Shown here in pieces: positions 36,663 through 49,763 of a stretch of DNA of 64,000 nt; within the stretch, counting starts at the first letter, position 1, and the number at the start of each line of letters is the position of its first letter. The notes beneath the pieces are model-generated. The model saw only the letters and a program-made list of their open reading frames with translations. It was not told the origin of the DNA and searched no databases. The stretch spans positions 8,556,001 through 8,620,000 of the forward strand of contig CATNEN010000007.1 of assembly GCA_950097015.1 (NCBI GenBank), read 5' to 3'. Made by a program: the position numbers and the translations under genes. The DNA comes from Macrostomum hystrix (lineage: Eukaryota > Animalia > Platyhelminthes).

Positions 36663-39600
36663 CTGTCAGTGTGACCAGTGTGATTTTATGCTTATGGGCT
36701 ACACAATTGCATCGTGGCAAATATGAAGAAACTATTATTAACCAGCTTGGACAAGTAAAGAATAATAATATTTAAGTCATAACAATACCAGCATTAAATG
36801 TGCCACTTGTTCTTTAAAGTAGAACACAGATGATTTTATATCATATTGGAACAGGAGAGAAGAAAAACAAGCAAAATACTTACTAAGTTTGGCTGTCTTA
36901 GTTCTGGTTGATCCACTTGTTGTTGAAATGAACCTAAAAGTGTAAGGTATTAACATCATTGACAATCTTCTGAATTAGAGCATACAGAAAGTTCTATATC
37001 TAGAAGAAAGGTTCTTAGAGATCAAAAAGAAGAAATTAAAGGACTTAATAAGAAGAAAGTACAAGTAATTAGTGAACCTAAGAACCTTCATTAAAGTGAT
37101 TGGACTAAGTCTATGATTATAATTCTTATTATAATTAATTAGAATAAATGAATTATAATAAATTATCATTCTCTATATTTATATTTTTATTCCCCTTACA
37201 AAAAAGCAAAAGAAAAAACATCTTACCTTGTCCTTGTGGATATTGGCTGTTTGTTTCACAAAGTGTACTTGATTTAAGGAAAATGTTTAACAAAAAACAT
37301 TTGTTAAATGTTTTTCTAAGCTACTACAAGTAAAAACTTGAGTTTTTACATGAGTTTTTTGAATGATAGGGCATTGCTTGGCTATGCCAATAGACAAAAC
37401 CTAAGCAAATTGGAGAAGTGAAAAGGGCCAGAAAGACTAGGAGGTAAATATGATTTTGTTATTGCATTGTTACCTTGCTTTGCCTTATTACCTTAGGCAA
37501 CCATCTTTTCTGGGTGGCACACTACTACACTGTCTGAGTGTATTACAATTGCATCTGAGTGGCTTGTTGGTTGTTGCTTGTTAACTTTGAAATTTATGTT
37601 CAAAGATTTTACTTACATTTATATGCTTTATAAAATAATTTCACATTGGTTTTTTCAACAAATATGAATAATGACATAATTTTTATTATCATTTTATCAT
37701 ACAGTTTTAATGACAAAAATCATTAAACTGTCATTATAAATTTAATTAAAATGAAATGCGCACAACTAGAGGACTGTTCTTTTTCTTAGTGTACCCTATC
37801 ATACAAATAAGAAATATTTTAGAGGCTTCCAGCAGACATAAATTAGCACACAGCACATATTCAGAACACATTGCATAACCCTGAACAGTATTAGCCTTCA
37901 ATTATTGAGCTTGCCAATTATTACAAGTCAAATCACATTTTTATTACAATTAGCTGTTTATTACTAACTGTAACTACTACTATATAAGCTCTATCCTCTA
38001 TTCAGTTCCAATTTGAGACCCTAACCATGCCAAAATTATAATGTTTACACAAAAAACTCGTAACTATGCTTTCTTTTAATAAATCCCCAATGCTTTTAGT
38101 GATTACTTTTTCTAATACAATGATTATTTGTAAAAAGGATACAGTTGATGGTGTTCTTGTCGTTGGTGATACATTTCAGGACCTTTTATACTTGAAGTAA
38201 CTCTCTACAATCAAGTGAAATAAAAAATATTGTTATGTAGTTTGAATCTCACAAGACATATTTTAAATTGAGTCTCCAAGGCGCAAAAAGTAATAAAAGT
38301 GAATCTTACCCATAAGAGAGTGTAATGTAAATAAGATTAGCTGACCGAGGAAGCAAGTTTTCGTATCCTCATGCGGTTGCGCAAATATGAACTAACTTCT
38401 AATTTGTATGAACTGTTGCAAATTAAAACAAATTAAAAAATCCATATGGAATGTAATTTGCCTACTTTTTCTTACCTTACCTTTTTAAAAAATAAGGAAA
38501 AGGCTGTGTCCAAAATTAAATTATCAACTTTTTATGGATCCAAGAAATATCTATGAAATCGGCGAAAATCAGTGCATTCAATACTGCGCCTAAGACATAT
38601 ACTCAAATTGGAAATAGAATAGAGACAGAAGATACACCTAGATTAAATTTAGCTAGAATACTGCCCGTGGCAAAGCTGCAGCTATTGATGTGGGTTCCAT
38701 TGTTTTTAGTTATTGTTACTAAATGGTCTATTTTTGCACCATCACTACTACTACTCTCCACTTTTACTACACAATTCAAGGTGCCCGTAGACCGTTGCTT
38801 TCCAATTTTGACATCTCATGCTATCCAGCCATCAGCACAGTAACGTCGGCTTCCCCACGCTTCCCTTCGTCTCGGCAAAGCCCTCCGCATTGTTCTCTGA
38901 AACCCGGGACCCGCTTTAGCTATCACCAGTTCCAGTGCTGTCAACAGTTCGGACTTCAAAAAGCGTGCTTACCACAATTGCCCTGCTTCAAATGTATTAG
39001 CAAGCAGCAAGGACAACTCGAGAATCATCTTCTTACGTAGTCCTCGATTCGCGGTCACGCAGTCATCCCTGGCAACGAGGCTAGCATGTTCCGCTCTGAA
39101 ACAAAATCTTAATCATCGAGCCGCTCTGACGCAGGACGTGGCACCCAAGCGGCTTAGGTGCCGCTCAGGCTGCCGGCAATTCGCCATCCGAAGCAGCACC
39201 AGATCTCGAGTTCCATCGAGGCAGTTAGAGTAGACGAGAAGGACGGTACGTAATTAAAAGTATCTAAAAATGTCATTTTGGCATGTGTACTTCAAGGACA
39301 TCTAGAATACGAGATTGTTCTTGTGGTGGCAATGTGTGCTCGTTTCTAACTGTATAGTGAGCCCAATAGTGAGCCCAAAAGTGAGAAGTTGATCTATATA
39401 ACATGGTACATTGCTCAGAGTTCAGTGATTTCTGCAGCACGACAGTTGCGAGCGCAGGCTAACTCACATTTCGCACCGCCTGCACTTGTAGACGTTTGTT
39501 TGATCCCTCTTAGAACGGCTGGTCGGCGTGCCGACCGCTGACTGATGGCCTCTCCCCCGAAACCAGCGGTGGTTCTTTGAGCAACTATAGACTGGTGGAA

Positions 39601-40106
39601 TTCCTAACGAGAGCAAGACTCGTCGACAGCTGCCGTCGCCTTATCGGTTCTGGCCTGCGTGCGCCAGAAGCAAAAGAAAAAGCATTTAAAAGCGAATCTG
39701 TTCTTCTGGAACCTCAGTTGAACTGGTTAGTGTTACTTTACACAATACTCAGAGTATACTGTGAATTCTCTTCGTCGGCAACTGCACTTACGCTTCCCAT
39801 TTTGAGCCATTTTGAGCCATTTTAATCCTGTGATAATGGTTGGTAGGGGGGGCTCAGCATTGTGGGACTCAGTGAGCTTGCGCGTTCTACATGTGGGTGC
39901 AGTTTGATTATTTCGGAAGAAATTGCCACGAAACACGTACACGAAAGTGCCTAAAGCCTTGCCAATTAATTAACAAATTAATTGTTGTTAAATATGAATA
40001 TTCGATGCTTTAGAAGCTCCGATCCAGTTGAGCTGCTTGCTGCACGCTCGTTTCTGTCTCATCCTAATTGAGGAATACGAGCTCGTACAAACTTGAAAAC
40101 TCGTAC

Positions 40107-40388
40107 TAGAGCTCCGAACATTGTACCTTAGCTCCGAACACTTGTACCTTAGCTCCGAACACTTGTACCATAGCTCCGAGCACTCGTACCAGAGCTTCGA
40201 ACACTTGTACCTTAGCTCCGAACACTTGTACCATAGCTCCGAGCACTCGTACCAGAGCTTCGAACACTTGTACCTTAGCTCCGAACACTCGTACCATAGC
40301 TCCGAGCACTCGTACCAGAGCTTCGAACACTTGTACCATAGCTCCGAGCACTCGTACCAGAGCTTCGAACACTTGTACCATAGCTCGT
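40107..40388. repeat. 21-bp minisatellite (AGCTCCGAACACTTGTACCTT variants, partly 63-bp higher order)
   Basis: Direct inspection. Confidence 0.9.
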
Positions 40389-40499
40389 AAGGAAACTCAT
40401 CTCCCAAGTTATAATTAGTGGCAGAGTTGCTTCTTACTCTCAGAAATTTTTTTGTGAGAAAAGCAAAAAAAAATTTAATTTACAAACAACAAATCACAG

Positions 40500-42840
40500 C
40501 TACCCTGACCAAGGCCGAAGGTGGGTAGCTGTCAAAATGCGCGCGCAAGCGGAGCGTTTCGAAGAATTGTCAATACACGGGAGTCGGAGATGCCAGCGTC
40601 CGACAGAAGCAGGTCGACATAGCGCACTGTCCTGGCCGCGCCGCCGCGGTCCCTGCAGAGTAAGCCACAAACAGCACATCTTGCAGGGGCTCTGGGCAGC
40701 GCTGCTCCCTCGAATGACGAGGCCGGCCAGCTGCAGGCGCTGGGTGTGCAGTAGCTGGCTTGGTCGGCAGAGCTGGGCTCGGTGGCTCGTTGGTAGCATT
40801 TGTGGCGGTATTTGGCGAGTAGTAAATCCCGAAGGCGGCGTGCAGGCGTGCTGCATGTGGGGCGTCCAACTGCCGCTCCTGCGAGCCGGTCAGGGCCACG
40901 TGTGGGCGTTGTACAGGCGCACTGTCTCGATCACGCTTTAAAATTTCTAAATTTCAAAGTTTCAAAATTACAATCGTGATACAATCGCCCCCTCAGCCTG
41001 TCTGGAGGCGCAGGGAACTGCAGGACTGTTCGCAGGGAGCGTAAAGCTCCCCGGGCCAGTGCTCTGCGCCGTGCGATGTCATCCTGCACGTTTGGAACCA
41101 GACCGCCAATATAGATAAACTCTGTGCAGCGAGTTAGCAGCGTCACCTGTCCGCTCGGGTCGCGGTAGCGGATCTCAGCCGGTAAGTCCGTCGGCGCCGT
41201 CAGCACCATCGTTTTTCAGGCCTTCACAGTTAGACCGACCACAGCTGCCGCGGCTGTCAGCTTGTCAAGCATGCATTGGGCTCCTTTAACAGAGCTTGAC
41301 AACAACGCCAGGTCGTCCGCGTACGCCAGTATGGAAAGTCGCTTCTCGGGGTGTCGCCTGCTCGTTCTGCAGCAGATCAGAAAGCCATCGGAGTAATCAG
41401 GAAGACTGACGCGCAGCACCTAGTTCAGGAGCAAGACAATCAGGCCAGAGTGTCCCCTTGCAGCACACCATAGTGAAGAGTTTTGCGTGTTGATCAGACA
41501 CACGAAACTCCCACTTCTAGACAATGGGGAACAATTGCCTAGGAATTTATAACAGTCACGTGACACTTACTGCAATCGCTTCTTATTCCTTAAGTAGTTT
41601 GTAGTCTTCTGGGTCCTTTTAGTCCTTGTTCTTCTTCTTCTTATTCTGGTCGACCGTGAGGTTTCGAGTCTGTGTTTCTTGAGTCTTTGTAGTCTTGTCT
41701 TCTTTGTCTTCTTGGCAGCTGCCTGAGTTTATCTGTTGGCCAATAAATGACGAGAGCGAATCAGATTACTTGTCGGTTTCCTCGAGCTCGGAATTCACAA
41801 TAGAAACGTGCGCCCTAGTGAACAATTGAAATCTCTCTTGTATATCTCTAATAGGTCCTCCTGAATGGCGTCTTCTTCGTTACCTCCGAAAGATAACGGA
41901 TAACTCAAATCAAATCAATCAATAATCCTCTAGGAATGTATCCTAGGAAACAAGGAGGCCTTTCTCAAATGTATCGACAATATGTGGCTGTCGTAAACTT
42001 ACTTCACTTCAACAACGATTGCTAGCAATAAATAACTGTCTAGTAAAGCGCTTACCTATCGTCTTTCCCTCAGAGATGAGTCCTCTTCTTCGTAAAATGT
42101 TTTGAAGTCCGGTAGACCGCTCCGAGTCTAAATTTTTAGCTTGGATTTTCGCTTGTATTTATAGTAAAATTTTGGGGAAAAACCGGTTCTACTACCGGGT
42201 GTTTACATTGGGCATACATGTTTGCACAGTGAGGTCAGACTTGTTTGATCAGCTACGTTTTGGGGGTTTTCAGGTGAACATTACCATATTTGGAATATTG
42301 TGTAAATACAGATGCAGAAACCGATGAGTCATAATTGTTTGTTTTACCATATTTGGAATTCAAGCAAATACAGCTGTCAAGAACCGGTTCTCCGGTTTAA
42401 TGTCACATGACTTGTTTCTAAAAATAGCGCATGACTCATTCCTAAAAATAGATTAAACGTTGTAGCTAAGGTTTCCTAGTGACATTACTTTAAGTAGCGC
42501 GTTAAGCAAAAGCACATTTTACAACTCTCTACAATAGGACGTGTTGAAAAATTCTGACAGGCCGTCTGGAGCCACAACTGCCGTCCTGGTCTCCTGTTAC
42601 AGGGCCATCAAAGGCGTCACCAGCTGCTCAGGCTTGTGGTACGCGCCCAGGATGATCGTAATTACTCACATCGACACCGAATCGAACGCCTTCAGGAAAT
42701 TTACGAAGATGCAGACGACGATCGATTAGTGGATGCGAGCCTCTTGTAGGATTCGGCGCAACGGGAAAATTTGCGACACTGAGCCCCTGCACGGCCGGGT
42801 CGAGGAAAGGGTCCAGCACTGGCTGCAGCCTTACGTTAAA
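40500..42840 (-). mobile_element. Degenerate RTE-like LINE (RT), interrupted by a solo LTR
   Basis: PDGLSEFFNTS|YGVLQGDTLA joined across 41474-42533; LAYADDLALL; FIYIG. Confidence 0.8.
41474..42533. mobile_element. Solo LTR (1060 bp)
   Basis: TG...CA ends with imperfect inverted termini; 4-bp TSD ATAG at 41470-41473 and 42534-42537; splits a LINE RT frame. Confidence 0.78.
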
Positions 42841-43501
42841 AACGATCATAGCATTGTCTATGCATGAAATAGACCATGTTTTAATAATTGGTGTCATATA
42901 TTTGCATATAATCACGCATTTTGCATGCTCTTCTAATATCTGTTATTTTAAGAGATTCCTCTGATTTTTATAATTAAAAAAGCATGATTTCATGACTAGT
43001 AAAAGCAATATAAAGGAAACGATGCGTGAATTGAACTGTCATTTGGAACGCAGTCGTTTAGGATGGGGATGCATACTCAATCGCATTAAAAGTCATGCAC
43101 GGATAAGTCGAATTTTCTTTACATTAACAAAATTATATACACCATAATAGGCTAGTTCAACAAGCTCGCGTATTTATCTATATTCGAGCAATTACGGAGC
43201 CTCATTGAGCAACGGTCCTTTGAGAATCGATGAGCAGATGGCATCGATGCAATAAAAATGCGTCTATCAAAATGCTCGTTGCATTCTTAACATGCGAAAG
43301 CCAGTAGAAGCATACATACATCGCAGTGCGCGGGCATCGGGTTGCATTTCAGGGAGTAAACATCTCCTATTTAGGCAATCATGCCTGTACAAGTGAAGGA
43401 AGCAACGTTTGCGAAGTGAAGGAAATGGTCCCCAATGTTTGATAATTCATTGGCGTAGCATTGTATTGCTATGCCAAAGAAATAAATGGTACGCTACAAT
43501 A

Positions 43502-43678
43502 GCGGTTGTAGCCTTAGTGGTTAGAGCGTCGGACTCGTGACTTGAAAGTCATGGGTTCAATTCCCGACTCTATGCGAGCTACTGGAACTATTTGTGTCAT
43601 TTAGCAAGACACTTAACACTGCATTGCTTCAGATCACCCAGCTGTTTAATCAGCTCCAGTATCAGCTGGGGATTAATT
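43502..43678 (+). mobile_element. tRNA-derived SINE, 3'-truncated copy
   Basis: Same head and core as 10488-10790. Confidence 0.78.
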
Positions 43679-45130
43679 GAGGTAAGACAAATGATAAGAC
43701 AAACATGAAGATGCACTGGCTTAACAGATTCTTAAGTTAAAAAAAATTAAAAAGTTAAAAAGGTAAAAATAAAGTTATGATTTGTAGCAAAATTGTCGGT
43801 TGTCATTGCTAAAGCGATAAGAAAATGCTAAAGCCGAGAAGAGTTACTCGAAGATTGCATTTGCAGTTGTTGAGTTTCTCAAGGACACTGCTGCTGCTGA
43901 CCAGCTCTTCGTGGTCTTTGATGCTGAGCAGCTCATAAGCGGCTTTAAGTAACACGAGCCACCAAAACAAGCTGCCAAGTGTTGTTTGATGCTTTGACAC
44001 AAACTCTTGCGATCTTGATTCTAGCATTTGTCGGACTGAGCACTGAAACCTGACAGCGCATCATCTTCATCTCACGAATCCCTTTACTCCTAGGGCTCAC
44101 CTTATATCCCACGAATCTGCTCCAACCAGAGGAAGTTCTTGTAGAATTTGCCTAGAAACTTACTCGACATGAGATTACAGCACCTATTGAAGGGATTCCG
44201 TTGGCTCGCTAATTAGTTTAGGGCTCACAAAGCTTCGGCTTGCCTTGCTATGACTAAATCGGATCAGTTTGCCAAGTTTCTGACTTGAGAAGCGAGCATT
44301 TCCTAATTAAGACCTCGAGAAATCCACGCGAGCGCAAGTCAGTTAACTTTTGCGCTTAAACTGCGTGGCGCACTCGGAGAACCTGAAATTAAAACCAGAG
44401 CCTGAAATGCCGCGCCTGCATTCGTTGCACTGTTGCTGCTGTGCTCAGATTGATTGACAGCTGAATCGTCACGTGAAATTACGGCCTGGAGCAGATGAGC
44501 GTCCCGAGCTTTCAGACTACCCATCTTGGCAAAACTACTCACAAGTTCAGTTCTCATCGTTCCCATTTTGTCTGAGACTATAGGGTGTGTGTATGGCGAT
44601 GGCGGCATTGCTGCAGACTCGCTGGCAAGCAGCAGCGGGATTAATTGCATTTGTATAACTTGTCGGGTCTGGCAATACAATATTTATTGATTGACGCGAC
44701 TGGGCAGTGTATCTCACAATGCATCATTCTAGATAGATACGCAGGCTATTTTTCAATTCATGTCTATATGAAGCTGACGGGAAAGACTATCAAGGACGTG
44801 CCAAACATTGAAATGAATAACGCTTTGACACTGATCCTGCAATCAATTAGTCTTAAATTGAGATTGACCGTTTTTTGGACGAAAGTGGCTTGCTTTTGCA
44901 TGGCAAGCACTTTTGCACTCTGGAATTCCAAGCTGAATTTGTAGCTTGGGAAAAATCGCGAATCTAAGCCTTGATAAACATTTCTGTGCTACTTTCGGCC
45001 GCTAGATTTGCGCCATCTATGGCAGTGTATTATCATAGTTCTTGTTTTCATTAACGCTTCGTGGCTTGCTACACCGGCAGTCATCAGTAGTGCGCTCGAC
45101 TTCGTTCCAGTCGGACAGTTCCGCCTTTCC

Positions 45131-46138
45131 TCAGAAGAATAGATGCTCACTCGGCCCGGAGTCGGCGTCGCCCGATCGCTTGCCGAATCTGAAATATTTT
45201 GTCACAAGGTGGGCGGCAACTACAGAGAATGCTGAACCAGCTTCCATGACGAGTTTTGCTTCGCTGCCAGCTAAAGGCCCAAGCGTCTTCCCGGGACTAT
45301 TCAAGGTGTGCTGCGCTCGCAACAATGAGTCTGTCAACAATTGGGCTTCATTTCAAGCTATTGTTTGGGTGCAGTGCCTATTTTGCCGTACTCAGAAGCC
45401 TGTGAGCTCAGCATCTATTATCTCTGAAAGCCCCAATGCGAAATTCAAACCAGTTGGTAGATTTAGCTAATTTTTGCCAGAAATATCTTCTTTCATGCCG
45501 CGCAGCCCGAAGAAGCAGTTAAATCCTCAGGTGGTTCAAGCTAGGAGGAATCAGTTCCCAGTTTGTCCCCCTTCCAGCGGACTGCCGATGAGCCCAATAG
45601 CAAAGCGGCCTGGCATATTAACGTGCCCAAAGCCTTTGTGGACGCCGCATCCTTTCGTGCGGCAATCTCACAGAGACCTGGCGAGGCAGACCTGTACTAT
45701 TTTGATAAAGCATGCTATTATAGCTTCTTATTTTCAAGTAGCTCTTCACCCTTCACCTCTGCTTTTGATTTAACTTCGATTTTTCATGCCGCCTATGGTT
45801 TGGAGATACATTATCCTCGATTAAACAGTGCACATTTTCTGTTTAATGTAAAAAACGTTCCCTTGTAAGTGAAAACTGATAAGTTTAAATTTTAAAACGC
45901 ACCTCGGCCTTCCAATGAGGCTCATGTAGCTGCGCAGGTTCTGCAGGTAGGACTTGAACTGCTGCGAGCGACGGCCCGTCACCATCGAGGGACCGCTCAG
46001 CTCCTCGATGGCGGCGTCACTTAGTGGGGCCTCCTCCAAGGCCGGATTGGCCTCGCTGCCCGCGGCCAGCAGCAGAACCAGCAGCTGCAGAGAGCCTACG
46101 AAAAAGATGAGCTTGGAGCGAATTTTCGTTGACGGCAT
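45131..46138 (-). CDS. NPF: Neuropeptide F (NPY-family) precursor; exons 46138-45903 and 45188-45131
   Basis: Signal peptide; ...YLQNLRSYMSLIGRP(R|R)FGKR with Tyr at positions 10 and 17 from the amidated end; phase-2 intron inside the final Arg codon, the conserved NPY/NPF position; G-KR amidation and cleavage site. Confidence 0.92.
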
Positions 46139-46244
46139 TGCGCGTTGCTGAGTTTATGATGGCTGGTTGGATTTCTTCGCCGCCTGGCTCTCTGAACTGA
46201 ATGAGGATCGGCTGCAGCGGTAAAATCTGATGCGCGTCACCGAG

Positions 46245-46290
46245 TTATAGCCAAAACAGCCTCAGCTCCCAAACCTCTCGCGCAGCCAAT
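46245..46290 (-). promoter_or_regulatory. Possible NPF core promoter (TATAA and CCAAT)
   Basis: CTATAA on the minus strand at 46250-46245; CCAAT at 46286-46290. Confidence 0.3.
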
Positions 46291-46835
46291 CAGAGTAATT
46301 TCATTGCGGATTACGGCTGAGCCATTCTAGCCTATCTTGCATGTCTAGCCCTTTTGGATGAAAGTCGGTTATCTGAAATCGCATCCACAATGACAGCATA
46401 AATGTGCTTCTGAGTATTTCCTAAAAAAAAATTGGCTTACAGCTAAATTCCCACGAAAATACGAGATACAACTATCTCGTAGCTTAATAATTCAGATTTC
46501 ACAAAGTCCCGTTTCAACAAACACTTATTACGAGCTATACGAGCCCGTGGATCCTGGCCGCCAGCTTTGAGACCGTTATTTTTTACTCGCACTCTCTTAT
46601 AGTCCTTTTTATACGTATAGTAAAAAACACAAATAGTAATCATATTTACAAGAGGGCTGGGGGGGGCACTGACGCATCATTCGGTGACAGTTGACCCACA
46701 GCCAAGCGAGGACGCTATTCAGTCCATTCTGCTGGACTTCTGAACACACGCGCACACGGATACAGTAGGCAGGCACACACTCACAAGGGGTGTACACAAG
46801 CCCCAATTTTCTCATTGTCACGCAGTGTACACTCT

Positions 46836-48350
46836 CAACAACAACAACAACAATCAACAACAATGTGCACTGTCAAGATGAAAGAAAATACTGCGTCACA
46901 GGGCGCACTAGAGAGCCTGGGTGCGAACAAAGGCCACACCGCCGGCAGCGTCAGCCAACAGGCAGTCGACCAAATGCCGAGTGCCCGCAGCGTTAGCACC
47001 TGCGCCGGCTATGGGCAGTAGGACTCGGCGCGGATGATGTGGCCAGCCAGTTGGAGTCGTCGATGGCGCAGCAGTTCCCTTTAACGGGTCAGGCTGATCT
47101 AAAAGGCGGCGCACAGAAGGCTGGCGTGCACCGTGTTTGCTTTTCGACCGAGTCCGTCCGCGTCCGTCCAGGTCTCGGCGTTGTACAGCAGGACGGTCGC
47201 GACTACCACCTCGAACAGAGTGCGTGCCTCCTCGATGATACGGTGAAGAGACATAATCTGCGACGCTGTGCCGCGTTGGGGCCAAGACCCATTGTGCTCA
47301 GGTCCAGCACGGGTTGCAACCGCGATAACACCATCTGGTTGAACAACTTCGCGGCGCAGGATTACAGGAAGATTCCTTATGTGCTCCTCTAACCATGTGG
47401 TGCCCGGCTTCTCAGGAATGACGATGATGTGCGCCATGGTACACTCCGAAAGCTCGCCGCACTGAAAAGCACGCGGTCTGGACCCAGCGCTTTGCCACCC
47501 GGTGTCCTCTGCGCTAAGAAACATGACTCCGGCCATGGTGACTGACGCTACATTGAAGCTTACCTCCGATGGCAACGGCGTCTCTGGCGGGGTGTCAGGA
47601 TGTTTGGCAGTGGAGGTGACGGCGCGTTTATAATCGCGGCGAAGGGCTCGCCAGCTCGTTCCTGCGCTCACCGAGAATGGCGCCTGCCGGTTTAGCTGTA
47701 AATGCGCCGCTTCCGCCCCGCCCCGTCAGAGAATTAATGCCAGATCAGGCCACACGCCTTCTGGCGTCAAGCTTAGCGACATGAGATGATGTCTCATTCA
47801 AGCCGATTTCATCCAAGATGAGACGGCTTGGATGACCTCATCGGCAGCGGCTTTCTGCCGCTGCAGATAGACTGTCGCAAGAGCCTCTTCCGCCTCGAGA
47901 GTAGGTTGCCTGCTCAGACGGAGCCTCTCCAATTATTTCCTCGCTTGCTGAATCGCGGGGTCGTCCTGCCAGACCATCAGCCCATGCAGGGCCGGTCGCA
48001 TCAACGGCATCGCTTGTTCCGCGTACTCGGCGCCTCCACGCTTGCCGCCGAGCGCAGTGATGAAAGCGCGATTACGTCGCAGGTGAGGTCGAGCGCTAGC
48101 TTCGCCAGCAACCCTCTACGCTAGGCGGCCTTAAGAGTGCAACAGTTCAGCGTCCCGACTCGAAGTGTGACCTGTGGTCGAGCTGGGGCTCGGTATAGGT
48201 GAGCGACGTGGTCTCCAGAAACCCAGATAGACTCTTTGCCGAGCTCGCCGGTTTCACTCGCGATCAAATCGACCTGTGACAGTTGACTACCGGTGTCAGT
48301 TGACTACCGGTGTCAGTTGACTACCAGTGTCAGTTCATGACTACCGTGAC
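46836..48350 (-). mobile_element. Heavily deleted RTE-like LINE with (TTG)n tail
   Basis: RIIEE, TVLLYNAETWT, endonuclease-like remnants near 48000-48180; (CAA)n at 46836-46863; 17-bp tandem repeats GTCAGTTGACTACCGGT at the 5' end. Confidence 0.7.
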
Positions 48351-49481
48351 AACAGACTCAAGCTTAAGGAATCGAAGAAGCGATCACGTTTTGGATTGTT
48401 TTATTCTGCCTTAAGCTCATCAGTCTCAAACTTAGCTTGACATTGGATTGAAGCGTTGTTCGTCTGCACGTTTATGTAATGTTGTTTACCGGATGGAGTT
48501 CACGATGTATAATTATTTGTGGCGAGTGTCTCATACATTAGTCTTATATTGTGTGCTACAGGTATCAAGCATGAAATGTTTTGGAATGCTTCGACAGTGA
48601 CGCTTTTACTAGCAATAAAAGGTAAGGCCAAAATATTTCACTCTAATATCATAAAAACTCGAACTATACAGTACCGTAAAAATTAACAATAGAATTGATG
48701 GTGACAAAAAGCATAATCTAAACTTTTCTCTTAAAAATTCCTCTTCAATCCTAAGTGGAAGCTAAAATATTCAAAGTGGATGGCAACCACGCGCATCTTT
48801 TTTATCCACAACTTTATTTCGCTAGTTTTTGCCACCTTTTGCCACTTTTGCCACCTTTTTTCAGGCACTCAATGAGGGCCTAATGAGTCTAGGATCATTC
48901 CCATGTTGCGAAGTTTCAAAAAAGGAAAATAATGAATTTCCGCTGTCAGCTTTTTCATAATCGACGCGGTAGCGATGCTATAGTCAGCTCATGATAATGC
49001 CAATACGAGCGCACCAGTTGTTAACAGAAAAGACCGGATCGCAGGCCTGCATGCTTTCCTGCTGCTGCATCTTTATAAGTGTGAGCACCTCTTGCAAATT
49101 AATGTCGTCTTTAATTATTATTATTAATTTTATTATTATTATTACTAATTTTATAATTTTTATTTTTGTTTTTATTATTATTATTATTATTGTAATCACA
49201 TTTAGAACTGTAAGATAATATTTAAAGCTTAGCTATTAGCGTTTTTATTTCTAAATTGTAACGTTTTTAGCATAGTTCTTATCACTGTTCTATGAGTAAT
49301 TAACGATAGAGAAAACTTTTTGAGGATTGCTGCAATCGTTATTATATTCAAAAGCAAATAATTTGATAATGACTAATGCCCTTATTCTTTTCAAATTGAA
49401 ATGTTTCTTTCGAGTATAGCTCTAGCAATATTCGAATTGACGCTGATGAAAAGTTTTTTTAGCATTGTGGCAATCGTTATT

Positions 49482-49763
49482 GTGACAGTGTTTTAGCCAT
49501 TTCATTATGTATATACGTTCTTGCTCTTGTGACAGTGTTTTAGCCATTTCATTATGTATATACGTTCTTGCTCTTGTGACAGTGTTTTAGCCATTTCATT
49601 ATGTATATACGTTCTTGCTCTTGTGACAGTGTTTTAGCCATTTCATTATGTATATACGTTCTTGCTCTTGTGACAGTGTTTTAGCCATTTCATTATGTAT
49701 ATACGTTCTTGCTCTTGTGACAGTGTTTTAGCCATTTCATTATGTATATACGTTCTTGCTCTT
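49482..49763. repeat. 47-bp tandem repeat, 6 perfect copies
   Basis: Unit GTGACAGTGTTTTAGCCATTTCATTATGTATATACGTTCTTGCTCTT. Confidence 0.93.
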
